This document shows positions 1 to 11,956 of a stretch of DNA of 64,000 nt, piece after piece. Both the position numbers and the translations under genes were made by a program. The DNA is from Octopus sinensis (lineage: Eukaryota). Under the pieces are notes generated by a model. That model was not told the DNA's origin. It made no database searches and worked only from the letters and a program-made list of their open reading frames with translations. The DNA lies in the NCBI RefSeq assembly GCF_006345805.1, contig NC_042997.1, positions 209,126,001 to 209,190,000 on the forward strand. The letters are read 5' to 3'. Every line of letters begins with the position of its first letter. Positions within the stretch are counted from its first letter, which is position 1.

Positions 1-108
1 AACAGCTGTAAGAGATGTTGTCAATTTGTTTTAATTAATGAATAATAAACTAATAATTGTCTCTCTATTTTCTTATATTATTGAGATATATGTATGTATG
101 TATGTATA

Positions 109-530
109 TCATCATCATCATCATCATCATCATCGTTTAGCATCCGCTTTCCATGCTAGCATGGGTTGGACGGTTCAACTGGGGTCTGGGAAGTCAGAAG
201 GCTGCACCAGGCCATCAGATCTGGGTGTGTTTCTACAGCTGGATGCCCTTCCTAACGCCAACCACTCCGTGAGTGTAGTGGGTGCTTTTTATGTGCCAGA
301 CGAGGCTGGCAAACGACCACGATCGGATGGTGCTTTTTACGTGCCACTGGCACGGAAGCCAGTTAGGGCGGCGCTGGCTACAGCCACGTTCAGATGGTTC
401 ACTTATGTGCCACCGGCACTGGTATCACAGCTACAAATTCCATTGATGTTGATAGATTACGATTTTGATTTTGATTTTCTCTTGCCTCAACAGGTCTTCA
501 CAAGTGGAGTTTTGTGTCCCAAGAAGGAAA
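109..530 (-). mobile_element. RTE 3'-UTR fragment (representative of ~20 short copies)
   Basis: (CAT)n tail, CCATGCTAGCATGG palindrome and ACAGCTGGATGCCCTTCCTAACGCC block. Further copies at approx. 1090-1455(+), 1781-2262(-), 7321-7675(-), 9196-9625(-), 10640-11045(+), 13900-14480(+), 29930-30245(+), 35600-36050(-), 41405-41560(+), 42740-42985(+), 43898-44367(-), 46250-46527(+), 52975-53268(+), 59270-59480(+), 63545-63710(-). Confidence 0.85.
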
Positions 531-637
531 GGAAATATGTATGTATGTATGTATGTATGGCCCTGTGTCTATAAGCGTCTAATTATCTATCTGTATATGT
601 CTACATGAAAGGGAAAGTGCTTCTGCATACAACATAC

Positions 638-731
638 CTGGTTCGTGTTGATCTTCCATTCATCATCGACAAGGAAGCGATATAAATATTCGCCAGCTTC
701 AAGGTCAAGGTTGAGCATGAAAGCCTCTTCA
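638..731 (-). CDS. Exon encoding the second part of the CBM48: EEAFMLNLDLEAGEYLYRFLVDDEWKINTNQ
   Basis: Acceptor CAACTTTATTGCAG|T at 731 completes the phase-2 codon from the previous exon; donor CAG|GTATGT at 637. 'L.L..G.Y.Y(K/R)F.VD..W' is the CBM48 signature. At least one further exon lies outside the window. Confidence 0.9.
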
Positions 732-1454
732 CTGCAATAAAGTTGAGAAAAAAACATGAAGTGAATAACAGATATAGGGAGACATAGCTTTTAACATATA
801 TCTTTCTGTTCCTGTGTAACCCCAGGTCAGACATGAGCTGAACAGGCCGGGAAGATTAGAAGCACTGGCATGGTTGGGTGGTTGAGAAACTTGTTTTACA
901 GCCACTAGGTTTCAGGTTCAGTCCTACTGTGTGTCACTTTGGACAAGTGGCTTTTCTTATAGCCCCAGGCTGACCAAGGCCTTATCAGTGGATCTGGTAG
1001 ACAGAAACTAGAAGAAGCCTGTTGTGTGTATATATGTATGTGTGTATGCATGTGTGTGTGTGTGTGTCTATGAATGTTTCGATGCCAATGTCCCCTGACT
1101 GGCTCCCGTGCCAGTGACACATAAAAAGTACCATCTGAACATGGTTGGCAACAGTACCAACTCACTGGCTCAAATGCCGGTGGTATGTAAAAACACCATC
1201 CAAACATGGCCAATGCCAGTGCCTCCTGACTGGCTCCCGTGCCAGTGGCACATAAAAGGCACTATCTGAACATGAGCAATGCCTGGCCCACCTGACTGGC
1301 ACCTGTGCTAGTGGCACGTAAAAAGCACCCACTACAGTCTCGGAATGGTTGGCATTAGGAGAGGCATCCAGCTGTAGAAACATTGCCAGACCTCAGTCAA
1401 ATTGTCCAACCCATGCCAGCATGGAAAACGGACGTTGAAAGATGGTGATGCTGA

Positions 1455-1494
<40 letters not shown>

Positions 1495-1602
1495 TTATAA
1501 AATAGTATAAAATCTTTATAAGAATTTATCAAGTAGTCAGCATGAACAAAACCTCGAAAGGGAAAAATTATAATTATTCTCTTTAAAATATATTTATTTA
1601 TA

Positions 1603-1756
1603 TTAAGGACATTACTACACTAGAATGCCTCACGCTATGAGGGACTATTAAAGTCAAAACTACCATAATAAATACATTTATTATTATTTATTATGGTAGT
1701 CTTAACTTTAATAGTCCCTCATAGCATGAGGCATTCTAGTGTAGTAATGCCCTTAA
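1603..1756. mobile_element. Near-perfect 154-bp palindrome, TTAA-flanked MITE (Kolobok-like termini)
   Basis: ~70-bp arms TTAAGGACATTACTACACTAG.../...CTAGTGTAGTAATGCCCTTAA. The superfamily assignment is inference. Confidence 0.6.
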
Positions 1757-2501
1757 CACACACACACATATATATATATATCATCATCATCATCATCATC
1801 GTTTAATGTCCGTTCTCCATGCTAGCATGGGTTGGATGGTTCGACCGGGGATCTGGGAAGCCAGAAGGCTGCACCAGGCTCCAGTCTTATCTGGCAATGT
1901 TTCTACAACTGGATGCCCTTCCTAACGCCAACCACTCCGTGAGTGTAGTGGGTGCTTTTTACGTGCCACCTGCACAGGTGCCAGGGGAGGCTGGCAACAG
2001 CCACAGTCGGATTGGTGCATTTTACGTGCCACCGGCACGGAAGCCAGTCGAGGTGGCACTGGCATCAGCCACGATTCGGATGGTGCTTTTTACGTGCCAC
2101 CAGCACGGAAGCCAGTCAAGGCAGCGCTGTCATCGGCCACGATTCAGATAGTGCTTTTAACGTACCACCAGTCCAGGGGTCCTGGCATCTGCCGGGTGCC
2201 AGTCATAGGATTGGTTCAATTTCGATTCCGATTTCGATTTCACTTGCCCCAACAGGAGTGCCCTTGAAGAGTTTCATCCAGTTAAGCTATCATTGAACAA
2301 TTGTACTCATCATCATCATCATTATTTGTTTAACATCCATTTTTCCATGCTAGCATGGGTTGGACAGTTTGACTGGCGACTGGCAAGCCAGGAAGTTGCA
2401 CCAGAGTAACCCATCGGAGTAAAATTATTTTTATTGTAACTGAACATAAAAACTAATATAAACATACATTCAGACAGATAGGTGTATTTTTTTGTATGTA
2501 T

Positions 2502-2992
2502 ACTGTAAATCCTCGAGTATAGTCTGCCCTTGAGTATAATATGCAGGGGATTTTTAGGGGGCTGTACTTCTGAAAAAACTAAACCTTGTGTATAATACGC
2601 ACCCCTTCTCTAACTTGAGTCGTGCGAAATTAAGCCAGCAGCACCTAGTCGAACAAATACTTCCGTGCATGCGTAATATAATAATGGTGATGTTCTTAAC
2701 TGTTATATGGGAATGTAAATATGTCTGCAAATTGTTTTTGTTACATGTTATTGTTTACTGCAAGTTATGGATGATTCTTTTATGACTTCATTGCTTTCAG
2801 GCTTAGCTTAAGGTATTTTTGCGTCCAACGTCACAAAATGCCTCAGAATAAACATTTCCAGACAGCAAATTGACACTCGGACCTTGCTTAGAGGATATTT
2901 TTCATTTTTAATCTTGTATATAGTACGCACTAGTGATTTTGACCTTTAAACTTTTGGGGGAAAATATGGATTATACTCGAGGATTTGCGATA
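2502..2992. mobile_element. pogo/Tigger-like non-autonomous DNA element
   Basis: TIR-like ends TACTGTAAATCCTCGAGTATA / TATACTCGAGGATTTGCGATA. Confidence 0.55.
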
Positions 2993-3103
2993 TGTCCGTG
3001 TGTAGATTTCTGAAAGTGAATGAGTGTGTAGACAAATATGCATAAATTACAGCCCCACCCACACACTTTACTTCCAAGAAAAATATCAGAAAACAAAACC
3101 TAC

Positions 3104-3213
3104 ATCTTATTTAAAGTTAAATGTTCCTCAAAATTGTTGAAAGATCCAGCCAACAAGACTTTCTCAGCTTCTTCATCCCAGCGTATCTCAACAGAACACT
3201 TCTCGCCACTGAC
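3104..3213 (-). CDS. Exon encoding the N-terminal half of an AMPK-beta-type CBM48: VSGEKCSVEIRWDEEAEKVLLAGSFNNFEEHLTLNK(I)
   Basis: Acceptor TTTTCGTTGTAG|GTC at 3213, donor AT|GTAGGT at 3103 (phase 2). The 'RW...V.L.GSFNN' pattern matches the start of AMPK1_CBM/CBM48. Confidence 0.88.
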
Positions 3214-3613
3214 CTACAACGAAAATAAACATTACACACAATAAAACCCTGTATGAATGTAGATTATGCCAACAGTCTGGCATTTGTCAGAGATCTTATG
3301 GAAGCTGCCAATATCCTCCGATGTGATCTACAGAAAGAAGATGTCGGTGAAATGGGACAATATATCAATGTTGCTTCAATGGAGAATATGTGTTACAAAG
3401 TACAACCAAGGTGGAACTGAACGCTTGCACCCTCTCGATGGAGAAGAAATAGGACTCCAAATACGTTGCAAATCATATCTCCAAATCAAAGAGTGATATG
3501 AAAACAAGGATTAGTAAATACATTTAATTTTTCAGATAAAAAATGGAAATCTAATCTTCCACAAGAAACTAAAACAGACTCCTTTAAAGCTGTGGTTGAA
3601 TGAATATTAGTTT

Positions 3614-4126
3614 ACATTATTTACATTTGATGGATATTCGTCCTCATCTTGTTTCGGCTGATACACCTTCCAGCCTTCATCAGGTGTCTTGGGGAAATTT
3701 TAAACCCGGGTTCTCATTCCTAAGGTATTTTTCGATGTTGTTGTTGTTATTATTATTATTATTATTACTATTATTATTCAGGTCACTGCCTGGAATCGAA
3801 CTCAGAATCTTGGGGTTAGTAGCCTGCACTCTTAACCACTATGCCATATGCCCATGTGGTTAAGAGCGCAGGCTACTAACCCCAAGATTCCTAGTTCGAT
3901 TCCAGGCAGTGACCTGAATAATAATAAGAATAAGAATAGTAATAATAATAACATTGAAAAATACCTCAGGAATGAGAACCCAGGTTCGAAATTTCCCCAA
4001 GACACCTGATGAAGGCTGGAAGGTGTATCAGCCGAAACGTTGTGTTAACAACAAACAAGATGAGGACAAATATCCGTCAAATGTAAATAATGTACATAAT
4101 TCCTCATCTCTTAAATATAGAACTGA
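3614..4126. mobile_element. Hairpin retroposon: tRNA-derived head + (AAT)n + hammerhead-bearing tail in inverted arrangement
   Basis: Arms 3614-3853 and 3855-4093 are reverse complements. tRNA-like head at 3853-3779 (A box TGGCATAGTGG, B box GTTCGATTCC). Direct repeat AATATTAGTTTA at 3603-3614 and 4127-4138 (TSD-like). Confidence 0.8.
4001..4046 (+). ncRNA. Minimal type I hammerhead ribozyme (Penelope-like type)
   Basis: GACAC-CTGATGA-A-GGCTG-(10 nt)-CAGCC-GAAA-C-GTT-GTGTT. Stem I GACAC/GUGUU, stem II GGCUG/CAGCC, palindromic ACGU mini-stem III, predicted cleavage after GUU (4041). Activity untested. Confidence 0.7.
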
Positions 4127-4294
4127 AATATTAGTTTATGGTTAAATAACATGGACAGTTACAACTTCCAGGTTAAAAAATAACTCTAAATGGCACGTAC
4201 AACACTAGAATACTTTGTGATGCTCTAAATATCTTTTACTGTGAACATGATTAACAAAGAACTTTACCAAGGCATTCCATGGATCACAAAGATG

Positions 4295-5270
4295 GTGGAG
4301 GTAAAGGACATGGACTGCACTCCCTTTCAGTTATTTTTGGGGGTTTATTTTGGTTTTGTTTTGTTTTTTTTCTACAGAAACCTACTTTTTCAACTGCAGT
4401 GATTCCAAATCTGCAAAAAGAAATCTGCATTTCAAAATTTTAACCCCTATTCCACCCCGTAATTTTTCACTTCTTTTAGAAATTTTTTTTGGTGAAATAT
4501 GTAGAAAAAAATACAGAGATTTATGATTGTGAAAAAAAAACTTTTGTAAAATTTCAATTTTTCAAAAATAAATATATAAACATCCCTCCCCTCTGCCAGT
4601 GCATCTGTGACAGAAAGTGAACATGTCGTGGTTGAGGGCCTTAGTTTTTTACACACATACGACAACAAAATGATATTTTTTTCTTTTTTGGTAATTTGTA
4701 TTTCAAAAGTGGATCTTCAGTTTGGCTGTTGTTTCTAGCTTGTCGGACTTTCCAGTTGGAGCAAACTTAAAAATTGACGATTTTGAAAACAACCAAAAAA
4801 CGTTTTCAAAAGTTTAATTTCCCCCCCTCTCCACTCCTCTGGCAAAGAAAAATAAGGGGGTGGCAGAAATTAAAATTTTGAAAACATGATTTGTCATTTA
4901 GCTACTGTTTCTAGCATGTCAAGTTTTCTGTTTAGATACCTTTTACATCTGCTATTTTAGTAGGAGGGGAGTGGTGTTTATTTATTTATTATTTTTTTTT
5001 TTGAAAAATTGAAATTTTACGAAATTTTTTTTCAGAACCATTAATCTCCATATTTTTCTGTATTTCACAAAAAAAAAAATTTCTAAAAAAGTGAAAAACC
5101 GAGCAGGGATCAGATCAGAATTTTGAAATGCCAATTTCTTTTTTTTTTTTGAGGATTCTGAATCTCCGCAGTCGAAAAGATAGGTTTCTGTGGGAAAAAA
5201 GCAAAATAAAGCCAAAAAAAAAACCCACCTGAGAAGGGGTGCAGTCCATGTCCTGTGCCTCCGCCCACAA
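4295..5270. mobile_element. Foldback element with ~300-bp diverged inverted repeats
   Basis: 4295-4592 is the reverse complement of ~4965-5270 (e.g. AGGACATGGACTGCAC at both outer ends). Confidence 0.7.
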
Positions 5271-5431
5271 AGACAATATGAAAGCACAGTCTGAGAATGG
5301 TCACTGTTCATAAAACAAGGAGTAACCAACAGCTGAAGTTTTTCTGTGGTAACCCTCTTATGATAAACAAAGAGGTAAGCCAACCCAAATTTATGTCAAC
5401 CAATTGTTTCAAGAGTGTATTTATATATATA

Positions 5432-6130
5432 TCATCATCGTCATTTAGCATCTGCTTTCCATGCTAGCATGGGTTGGACTTTGCCCAAGCTATTCTTACT
5501 CTAGCAGTTACACTTTCAGCACACCCGCCCCCGCTGCTGACTTGGTCACCTAGGTAACGGAAGCTATCAACTATTTCTAGTTTTTCTCCCTGGAAAGTGA
5601 CAGAAGTTGGTCTCAGAGCATTTTCAGTGTTTATTGTTCCTGAGCATCTGCCACATACAAAAACCATCTTCCTAGTTAGCCATCCTTTGACATTGCTGCA
5701 CCTCTTATGTGTCCATAGCTTACACTTGGTGAATCTTATAGAGTTTCTACCTACACCTTTTTTACAGATCGAGCAGGGCCATCTACCTGAAGGCGTTTGT
5801 GATTTGTCTACCTTCCTACTTATTAGGACTTTGGTTTTAGCTAGATTGACTCTAAGGCCCTTCGATTCTAATCCTTGCTTCCACACCTGAAACTTCTCCT
5901 CCAGTTCTGATAGTGACTCACCAATTAGAGCAAGGTCATCAGCATAGAGGAGCTCCCAAGGGCATCCAGTCTTGAATTCCTCCGTTATTGCCGGGAGGAC
6001 TATGATAAATAGGAGGGGGCTGAGGACTGAGCCTTGGTGGACCCCTACCTCTACTCGGAATTATTCACTGTACTCGTTGCCAACCCTCACCTTACTAGCA
6101 GCGTCCCTGTACATGGCTCGCACAGCTCTC
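5432..6130 (-). mobile_element. RTE LINE copy, 5'-truncated and internally deleted
   Basis: RT segment 5480-6130 matches 54658-55305 and is joined directly to the terminal ~50 nt of the element; (TA)n on both flanks. Confidence 0.88.
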
Positions 6131-6140
6131 ATATATATAT

Positions 6141-6188
<48 letters not shown>

Positions 6189-7921
6189 CACTCTTTTACT
6201 TGTTTCAGTCATTTGACTGTGGCCATGCTGGAACACCGCCTTTTTGTCGAGCAAATCAACCCCAGGACTTATTCTTTGTAAGCCTATTACTTATTCTCTC
6301 AGTCTCTTTTTGCCGAACCGCTAATTTACAGGGATGTAAAGACACCAGCATCGATTGTTGGGTGATGTTGGGGGGACAAACACAGACACAGACACACACA
6401 CACATATACATATATATATCACCATTTAACATCTGTTTATCATATGGGCATGTGTGTAATGGTTCATCAGAAGATTGCATTAAGCTCCCTTATCTGCTTT
6501 CGCATGGCTTCCATGGCTGAAGGCCCCTCCTAATATATTAATATATATTAAAATGATGATAACATGCATAACATTTGTAATAAATATACAAATGTGGAAA
6601 GGTACCAGCTGCAATATTTTGATATTTTGACCCAGAAACTTCTCTTCACAATTTTATCTGACCCAATATAAATTAATGGTAAAATATTTCTTTACTTTCA
6701 CCCATTTAATACAATAAGTAAGTTTATTGCATTGCAATTAAAAACACTTGTGTATTAATAATTGGGTATTATACCAACAGTATATTGGATAAGTATTATC
6801 CCTTAGTGGGTTGGATCCACAACCCCTAACTTACTTGGTGTATATATGCATATATATATATTTCTATATATATATGTGAATAAGTGGCCATTAAATCAAT
6901 AATTATGAAGCATGTGTGTGTGTGTGTATATACATATGTATATAGTGAAAAGATGGATCTCTGAATCCCCAGAAACAGGTGTTGGACTTATAACACCGTT
7001 CTGTCCCCCACTTAAATTTTCTCTGGCATTTTTACTCTGTGTAAGTTGGATCTATTGATATAAATATCTAATATATACTTAAATATTCATCATCTGAAAG
7101 TCTCCACTTTTTGCTTTCTCTCATTTTGCATGTGTACTTATATGCATATTTTGTATTTTAATACCCAAACTGTTATAATTGATATATCTAATTTGTTTAT
7201 ACACATAATTACCTCCCCCTCTCTCTCTCTTTCTATATATATATGTGTGTGTGTGTGTAACATATGGTATAATTATAAACAGAGCAAACATTAGCCATTT
7301 CTCTGCAGACTGAAAAAAATTATCATCATCATCATCGCTTAACATCCACTTTCCATGCTGGCATGGGTTGGACGATTTGACTGAGGGCTGGCGAACCAGA
7401 TGGCTGCACCAGGCTCCAATCTTGATCTGGCAGAGTTTCTACAGCTGGATGCCCTTCCTAATGCCAACCACTCCGAAAGTGTATTGGGTGCTTTTACGTG
7501 CCACTGGCATGGGGGCAAGTCAGGTGGTACTGGCAACGACCTCGCTCGAATCTTTTACACATGCCACCGGCACAGGTGCCAGTAAGGTGATGCTGGTAAC
7601 GATCACGCTCGAATGATGTCTTTTACATGCCACCGGCGCGGAGGCCAGTTGGCTGCTCTGGCAACATCGATTATCGAACCTTATTGGGTTCTCGTCAGAG
7701 GTGTCTACATCATTCTGACAGTCTCCAGAGAAACAAGCAGCCAAACTGTTTATATACTCCACAAATGCAGCAGTTACTCTATGAAGGGGTCCCTAATTTG
7801 CATACCAAAAGAAAACTTAATTTATTCCCTGCTATTTTACTTCTATATCCCCAATCTAAAAGTCATGATGGACATGATCCACCAGTGTCAAAATTCCAAC
7901 AACTGCAACTAAAACACATAC

Positions 7922-8875
7922 CTCAATTAATGGTTCTTCAGTTTCAGGCACTTCTGCTACCTTTTCCTCTTCAGTTGTCTTGGTAACTGCTTCCTCTGTG
8001 TCTAGTTCTTCATTAACCTTACTTTCATCGCCCATTCCTCCTTCTTCATGGCATTCTGATTCGACAGTCACTTCTGGATCTGTAGCATTGCTCGGCTCAG
8101 GCTCTGGTTCTGGCTCCGAAACAGGAATGGGAGCTGATTCTGGAACTATTTCTATGAGAGTAGCTGTCAGGGGTTCTGGGAGTTTGTCCAGAGGTGGTTC
8201 TGGAAGTGAATCTTCTTCTGGGATTGGGTCTGGGAGTGATTCTGGTTCCGGAAGTGATTCTGGCTCCGGGAGTGATTCTGGCTCTGGGAGTGATTCTGGC
8301 TCTGGGAGTGATTCTGGCTCTGGGAGTGATTCTGGCTCTGGGATGGGTTCTGGTTCAGGGATGGGTTCTGGGATTGATGCTGGTTCTGGGACAGATTCAG
8401 TTTCAGGAACAGATTCTGGTTTTGGGATAGATTCCTGTGCTGGAACTGGAGTTGGTTCTGGAACTAATTCTTGCACTGGTTCTGGGACAGGTTCTGGGAC
8501 TATCTCTGGTACAGATTCTACAACCACTTCAGACACTGCTGCTGCCACTGCTGCTGGTGCGGATTCTGTCACAGTTTCGACAGCAGCAACGACCTCCTCG
8601 ACCTTTTCAGACACTTTCTCCACCTCTTTACTCTCAGTTTCACACTTGACTGATTCCTTAACCTGTGCTGCCACAGCATCCACTTCATTCATAATTGTTT
8701 CTGTAAAAGAAGATGGTTCAGCGCTACCATTTTCCGATGCTTGTGACTCAGAAACAGCCGATTCTTGTGCTTTCTGGGAATCTTCTGTAGGTTTGGTGCT
8801 TTCTTTGGCTTCTTCTGCCACTTCGTTTGTTGTGACATCTTCCACAGTTTTCTCTGTGGAATTCTGTGGAGTTTC
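7922..8875 (-). CDS. Large internal exon (318 codons): acidic Glu/Pro/Val/Ser-rich low-complexity linker with PEPESL repeats
   Basis: Lies within ORF 7856..8989. Acceptor TTGATTCTTCAG|GAA at 8875, donor GAG|GTATGT at 7921; 954 nt, phase 0-0, joins in frame to the exons on both sides. Confidence 0.9.
8200..8420 (-). repeat. 18-bp coding minisatellite (PEPESL and variants)
   Basis: Plus strand GGGAGTGATTCTGGCTCT repeated about six times, with degenerate flanking units. Confidence 0.9.
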
Positions 8876-10474
8876 CTGAAGAATCAAAGACAACAACACA
8901 GTTAAAACAAAAGCAACAGCAACAACAACAACACCATAAATTATTATTAAAAAAAATGTAATAGAAAATCCAAACTTCCATTTTGCCAAAGATTTTGGAT
9001 CAAGAAGAATCGGGATAATTGTTGCTTCTGCAAAAGTAGGACAATGAAGTTAGAAGACTTGATTCCCAGCGATGTGGTTTCAAGTTCAGTCCCACTACAG
9101 GCCATGTGGGACAAGTGTTTCTGCTACTGCTCCAGACTAACCAAAACCTTGTGAATGGATCTGATGGATGGAACTGAGGGTTGCCTGTTGTGTTATCATC
9201 ACCATCACCATCATCATTGATTAACGTCTGCTTTCCATGCTGGCATGAGTTGGATGGTTTGACGAGAGTCTAGCAAGGCAGGAGGCTGCACCCGGCTCCA
9301 ATCTGATCTGGCAAGGTTTCTACAGCTGGATGCCCTTCCTAATGCCAACCACTCCGAGAGTGTAGTGGGTGCTTTTTATGTGCCACCAGCATGGGGGCCA
9401 GTCAGGTGACACCGGCATCAACCATGCTCAGATGGTGCTTTTTACGTGCCACCAGCACAGGAGAGAGTCAGGCGGCACTGGCATCGACCACATTCAAATG
9501 GTGCCTTTTACACATCACTGGCATTGGCCATGCATGAATGATTCTTTTTACATGCCATTGGCATTGGCCATGACTACAATTTCACTTGACTCAACAGGTC
9601 TTCTTAAGCACAGCATTTTGCCCGACGATTGAACGGTACTTCTTAACTGGCCAGTTGGTACTTGTGTGTATGTGTGTGTATTTATGACTATGTGTATGTC
9701 TCTGTGAAATTGTTTATTGTCTTGAGGCAATGTGTGTGTGTGATGTGACTAAGATGTATATTCTTATTTGTGTCTTTATGTCCTACCTGTTTCAGTCATC
9801 AGACTGTGGCCATGCTGGAGCACCACCTTCAAGGAATTTTTCTTTTGTCAAATGAATCAACCTTAGTATTTTTTAAAGTCTGGTACTTTTCTGTTGGTGT
9901 CTTTTGCCAAACTGCTAAGTCACCTGTTGTCAAAGGCGGGGGGGGGGGCAACCACCGACATACACATATTCTTATATTCTTTCTTTTATTCATTTCAGTC
10001 AATTTGACTGTGGCCATGCTGGAGCACCACCTTTTAGTCGAACAAATTGATCCCAGGACTTATTTTTTGGAAGCCTAGTACTTATTCTATCAGTTCCTTT
10101 TTCCGAACTGCTAAGTTACAGGGATGTAAACACAACAACATCGGTAGTCAAGCGATGTTGGGCGAACAAACACAGATGCAAAAACATGTATATACACACA
10201 CACAGATATTGCTAGCATCCAACCCATGCTAGCATGGAAAACGGACGCTAAAATGATGATGATGATGATACACGACAGGCTTCTTTCAGTTTCCGTCTAC
10301 CAAATCCATTCACAAGGCTTTGGTCGGCCTGAGGCCATAGTAGAAGACACCATGTGGTTGGTAAGCAAGCTACTTACCACACAGCCACTCTGGGCAATTG
10401 TCTTCTACAATGGCCTCAGACTGACCAAATCCTTGTGAGTGGATTTGGTAGACGGAAACTGAAAGAAGCCTGTC

Positions 10475-10512
<38 letters not shown>

Positions 10513-11956
10513 ATGATGATTATATATAGAGAGCAGCTGATTTCCACAACAGAACATATCTTTTCTTTGTGGTCCCACACAACAATAACTGACTGGTTGT
10601 GTTTTAACTTGGTAGGTGCTTTCATTTTTTAAATTCCATTGGGCTTGACAAGGCCTGTTGAGTCAAGTGGAGTCATAGTTGTGGCCAAAAACAGTACCGC
10701 ATGACTGGCACCCATGCTGCTGGCACATAAAAAGCACCATTTGAACATGGTCATTGCCGGTGCCACCTGACTGGCTCCCATGCTGATGGCACGTAAAAAG
10801 CACCATTCAAGCGTGGTCGATGCCAGTACTACCTGACTGGCCCTCATACCAGTAGCATATAAAAAGCACTCACTACATTCTCAGAGTGGTTGGCATTAGG
10901 AAGGGCATCCAGCTGTAGAAACATTGTCAGATCAGACTGGAGCCTGGTGCAGTCTCCTAGTTTCCCAGACCTCGGTCGAACCATCCAACCCATGCTAGAA
11001 TGGAAAATGGACGTTAAATGACAATGATGATGATGATTATGATGAACAATTTTCTTTTGACCCATCAATCTTAATATATTCAACTTCATCTGTAAGTGTT
11101 TTCTTTTTTGTCATCCTGTTCCAGACTATTCTGGCCACTACATCATTCCTCAAAGGAAGATAATATCAAAAATACATTCTCTTATAATTGGCAAAAATGG
11201 AATTAATACCTTCAGTCTAAGTTTGGCACAGCCTGTCTTTTATGCTGGAGGTTCTTGGTAAGGATCTCTCGTTCTTGAATTCCATGAAGTTAGCCTTCAA
11301 AGTGGGATGTCAAACACTTGTCAGTTTGTTCCTTCTCAATCCACGCCGGGCTCATAAGGGCCGGTTTCCCGGTTTCCTTGACATATAGGTTCCCCACCTG
11401 AACAGGACACCAGTCCGTCGCAGGTGAGCTGCAAGATGCAGGAGGAAAGAGTGAGAGAAAGTTGTGGCAAAAGAGTCAGCAGTAGTTCACCATTACCTTC
11501 TGCGGAAGCAGTGTGGAGCTTAGGTGTTTCGCTCATAAACACACACATCGCCCAGTCTGAGATTCGAACCCGCGATTCCTCGACAGCAAGTCTGCTGCTC
11601 TAACCACTTGGCTGTGTGCCTCCACATACACTTGTCAGTGCTCCATGCCAAGCTTTTGATATGAATTTATTCCCTCTCTGACTGGTGTCTTTCATGCAAA
11701 GTCCACATGTCCCACCTTCCCAGTGTATATATATGCAAGTATAATGTGTATGCATGCATGTATGTATATAAAGGGCATATCTTGTTTCAAGTATATGAAG
11801 GACTTATTGTGATGTGAATACACACACACACACACACACACAAAGGGGCTACAGGACCCACCAAGATATGAATGTATACAGGGTTTACCTTGATGTGAGT
11901 ATATGCAATGTACCTCCCTAATGTATGTATAAGGTGAGTATATATAAAGAACATAC

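Noticed and set aside
3266-3510. Possible extra exon or coding fragment in the intron
   Set aside because: No usable minus-strand GT donor. The plus-strand frames are short and unassignable, possibly a TE remnant.
3779-3853. tRNA gene (also 34781-34855 and the SINE heads)
   Set aside because: A/B boxes are present, but the acceptor stem is imperfect and the head is embedded in a dispersed repeat; treated as tRNA-derived, not as a functional tRNA.
7980-8879. 299-aa Ser/Gly-rich plus-strand ORF
   Set aside because: Antisense shadow of the repetitive Glu/Pro exon; no splice or start support.
8876-8989. Hydrophobic signal/TM-like N-terminus of ORF 7856..8989 (MAKWKFGF...[10 protein letters not shown])
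   Set aside because: It starts at TTG, derives from the (GTT)n/polypyrimidine tract before a strong acceptor at 8875, and has no in-frame ATG upstream; it is intronic read-through.
9028-9050. Acceptor-like CTACTTTTGCAG upstream of the big exon
   Set aside because: It would be phase 1 relative to the ORF, incompatible with the phase-0 donor of the ATG exon, and no good donor follows.
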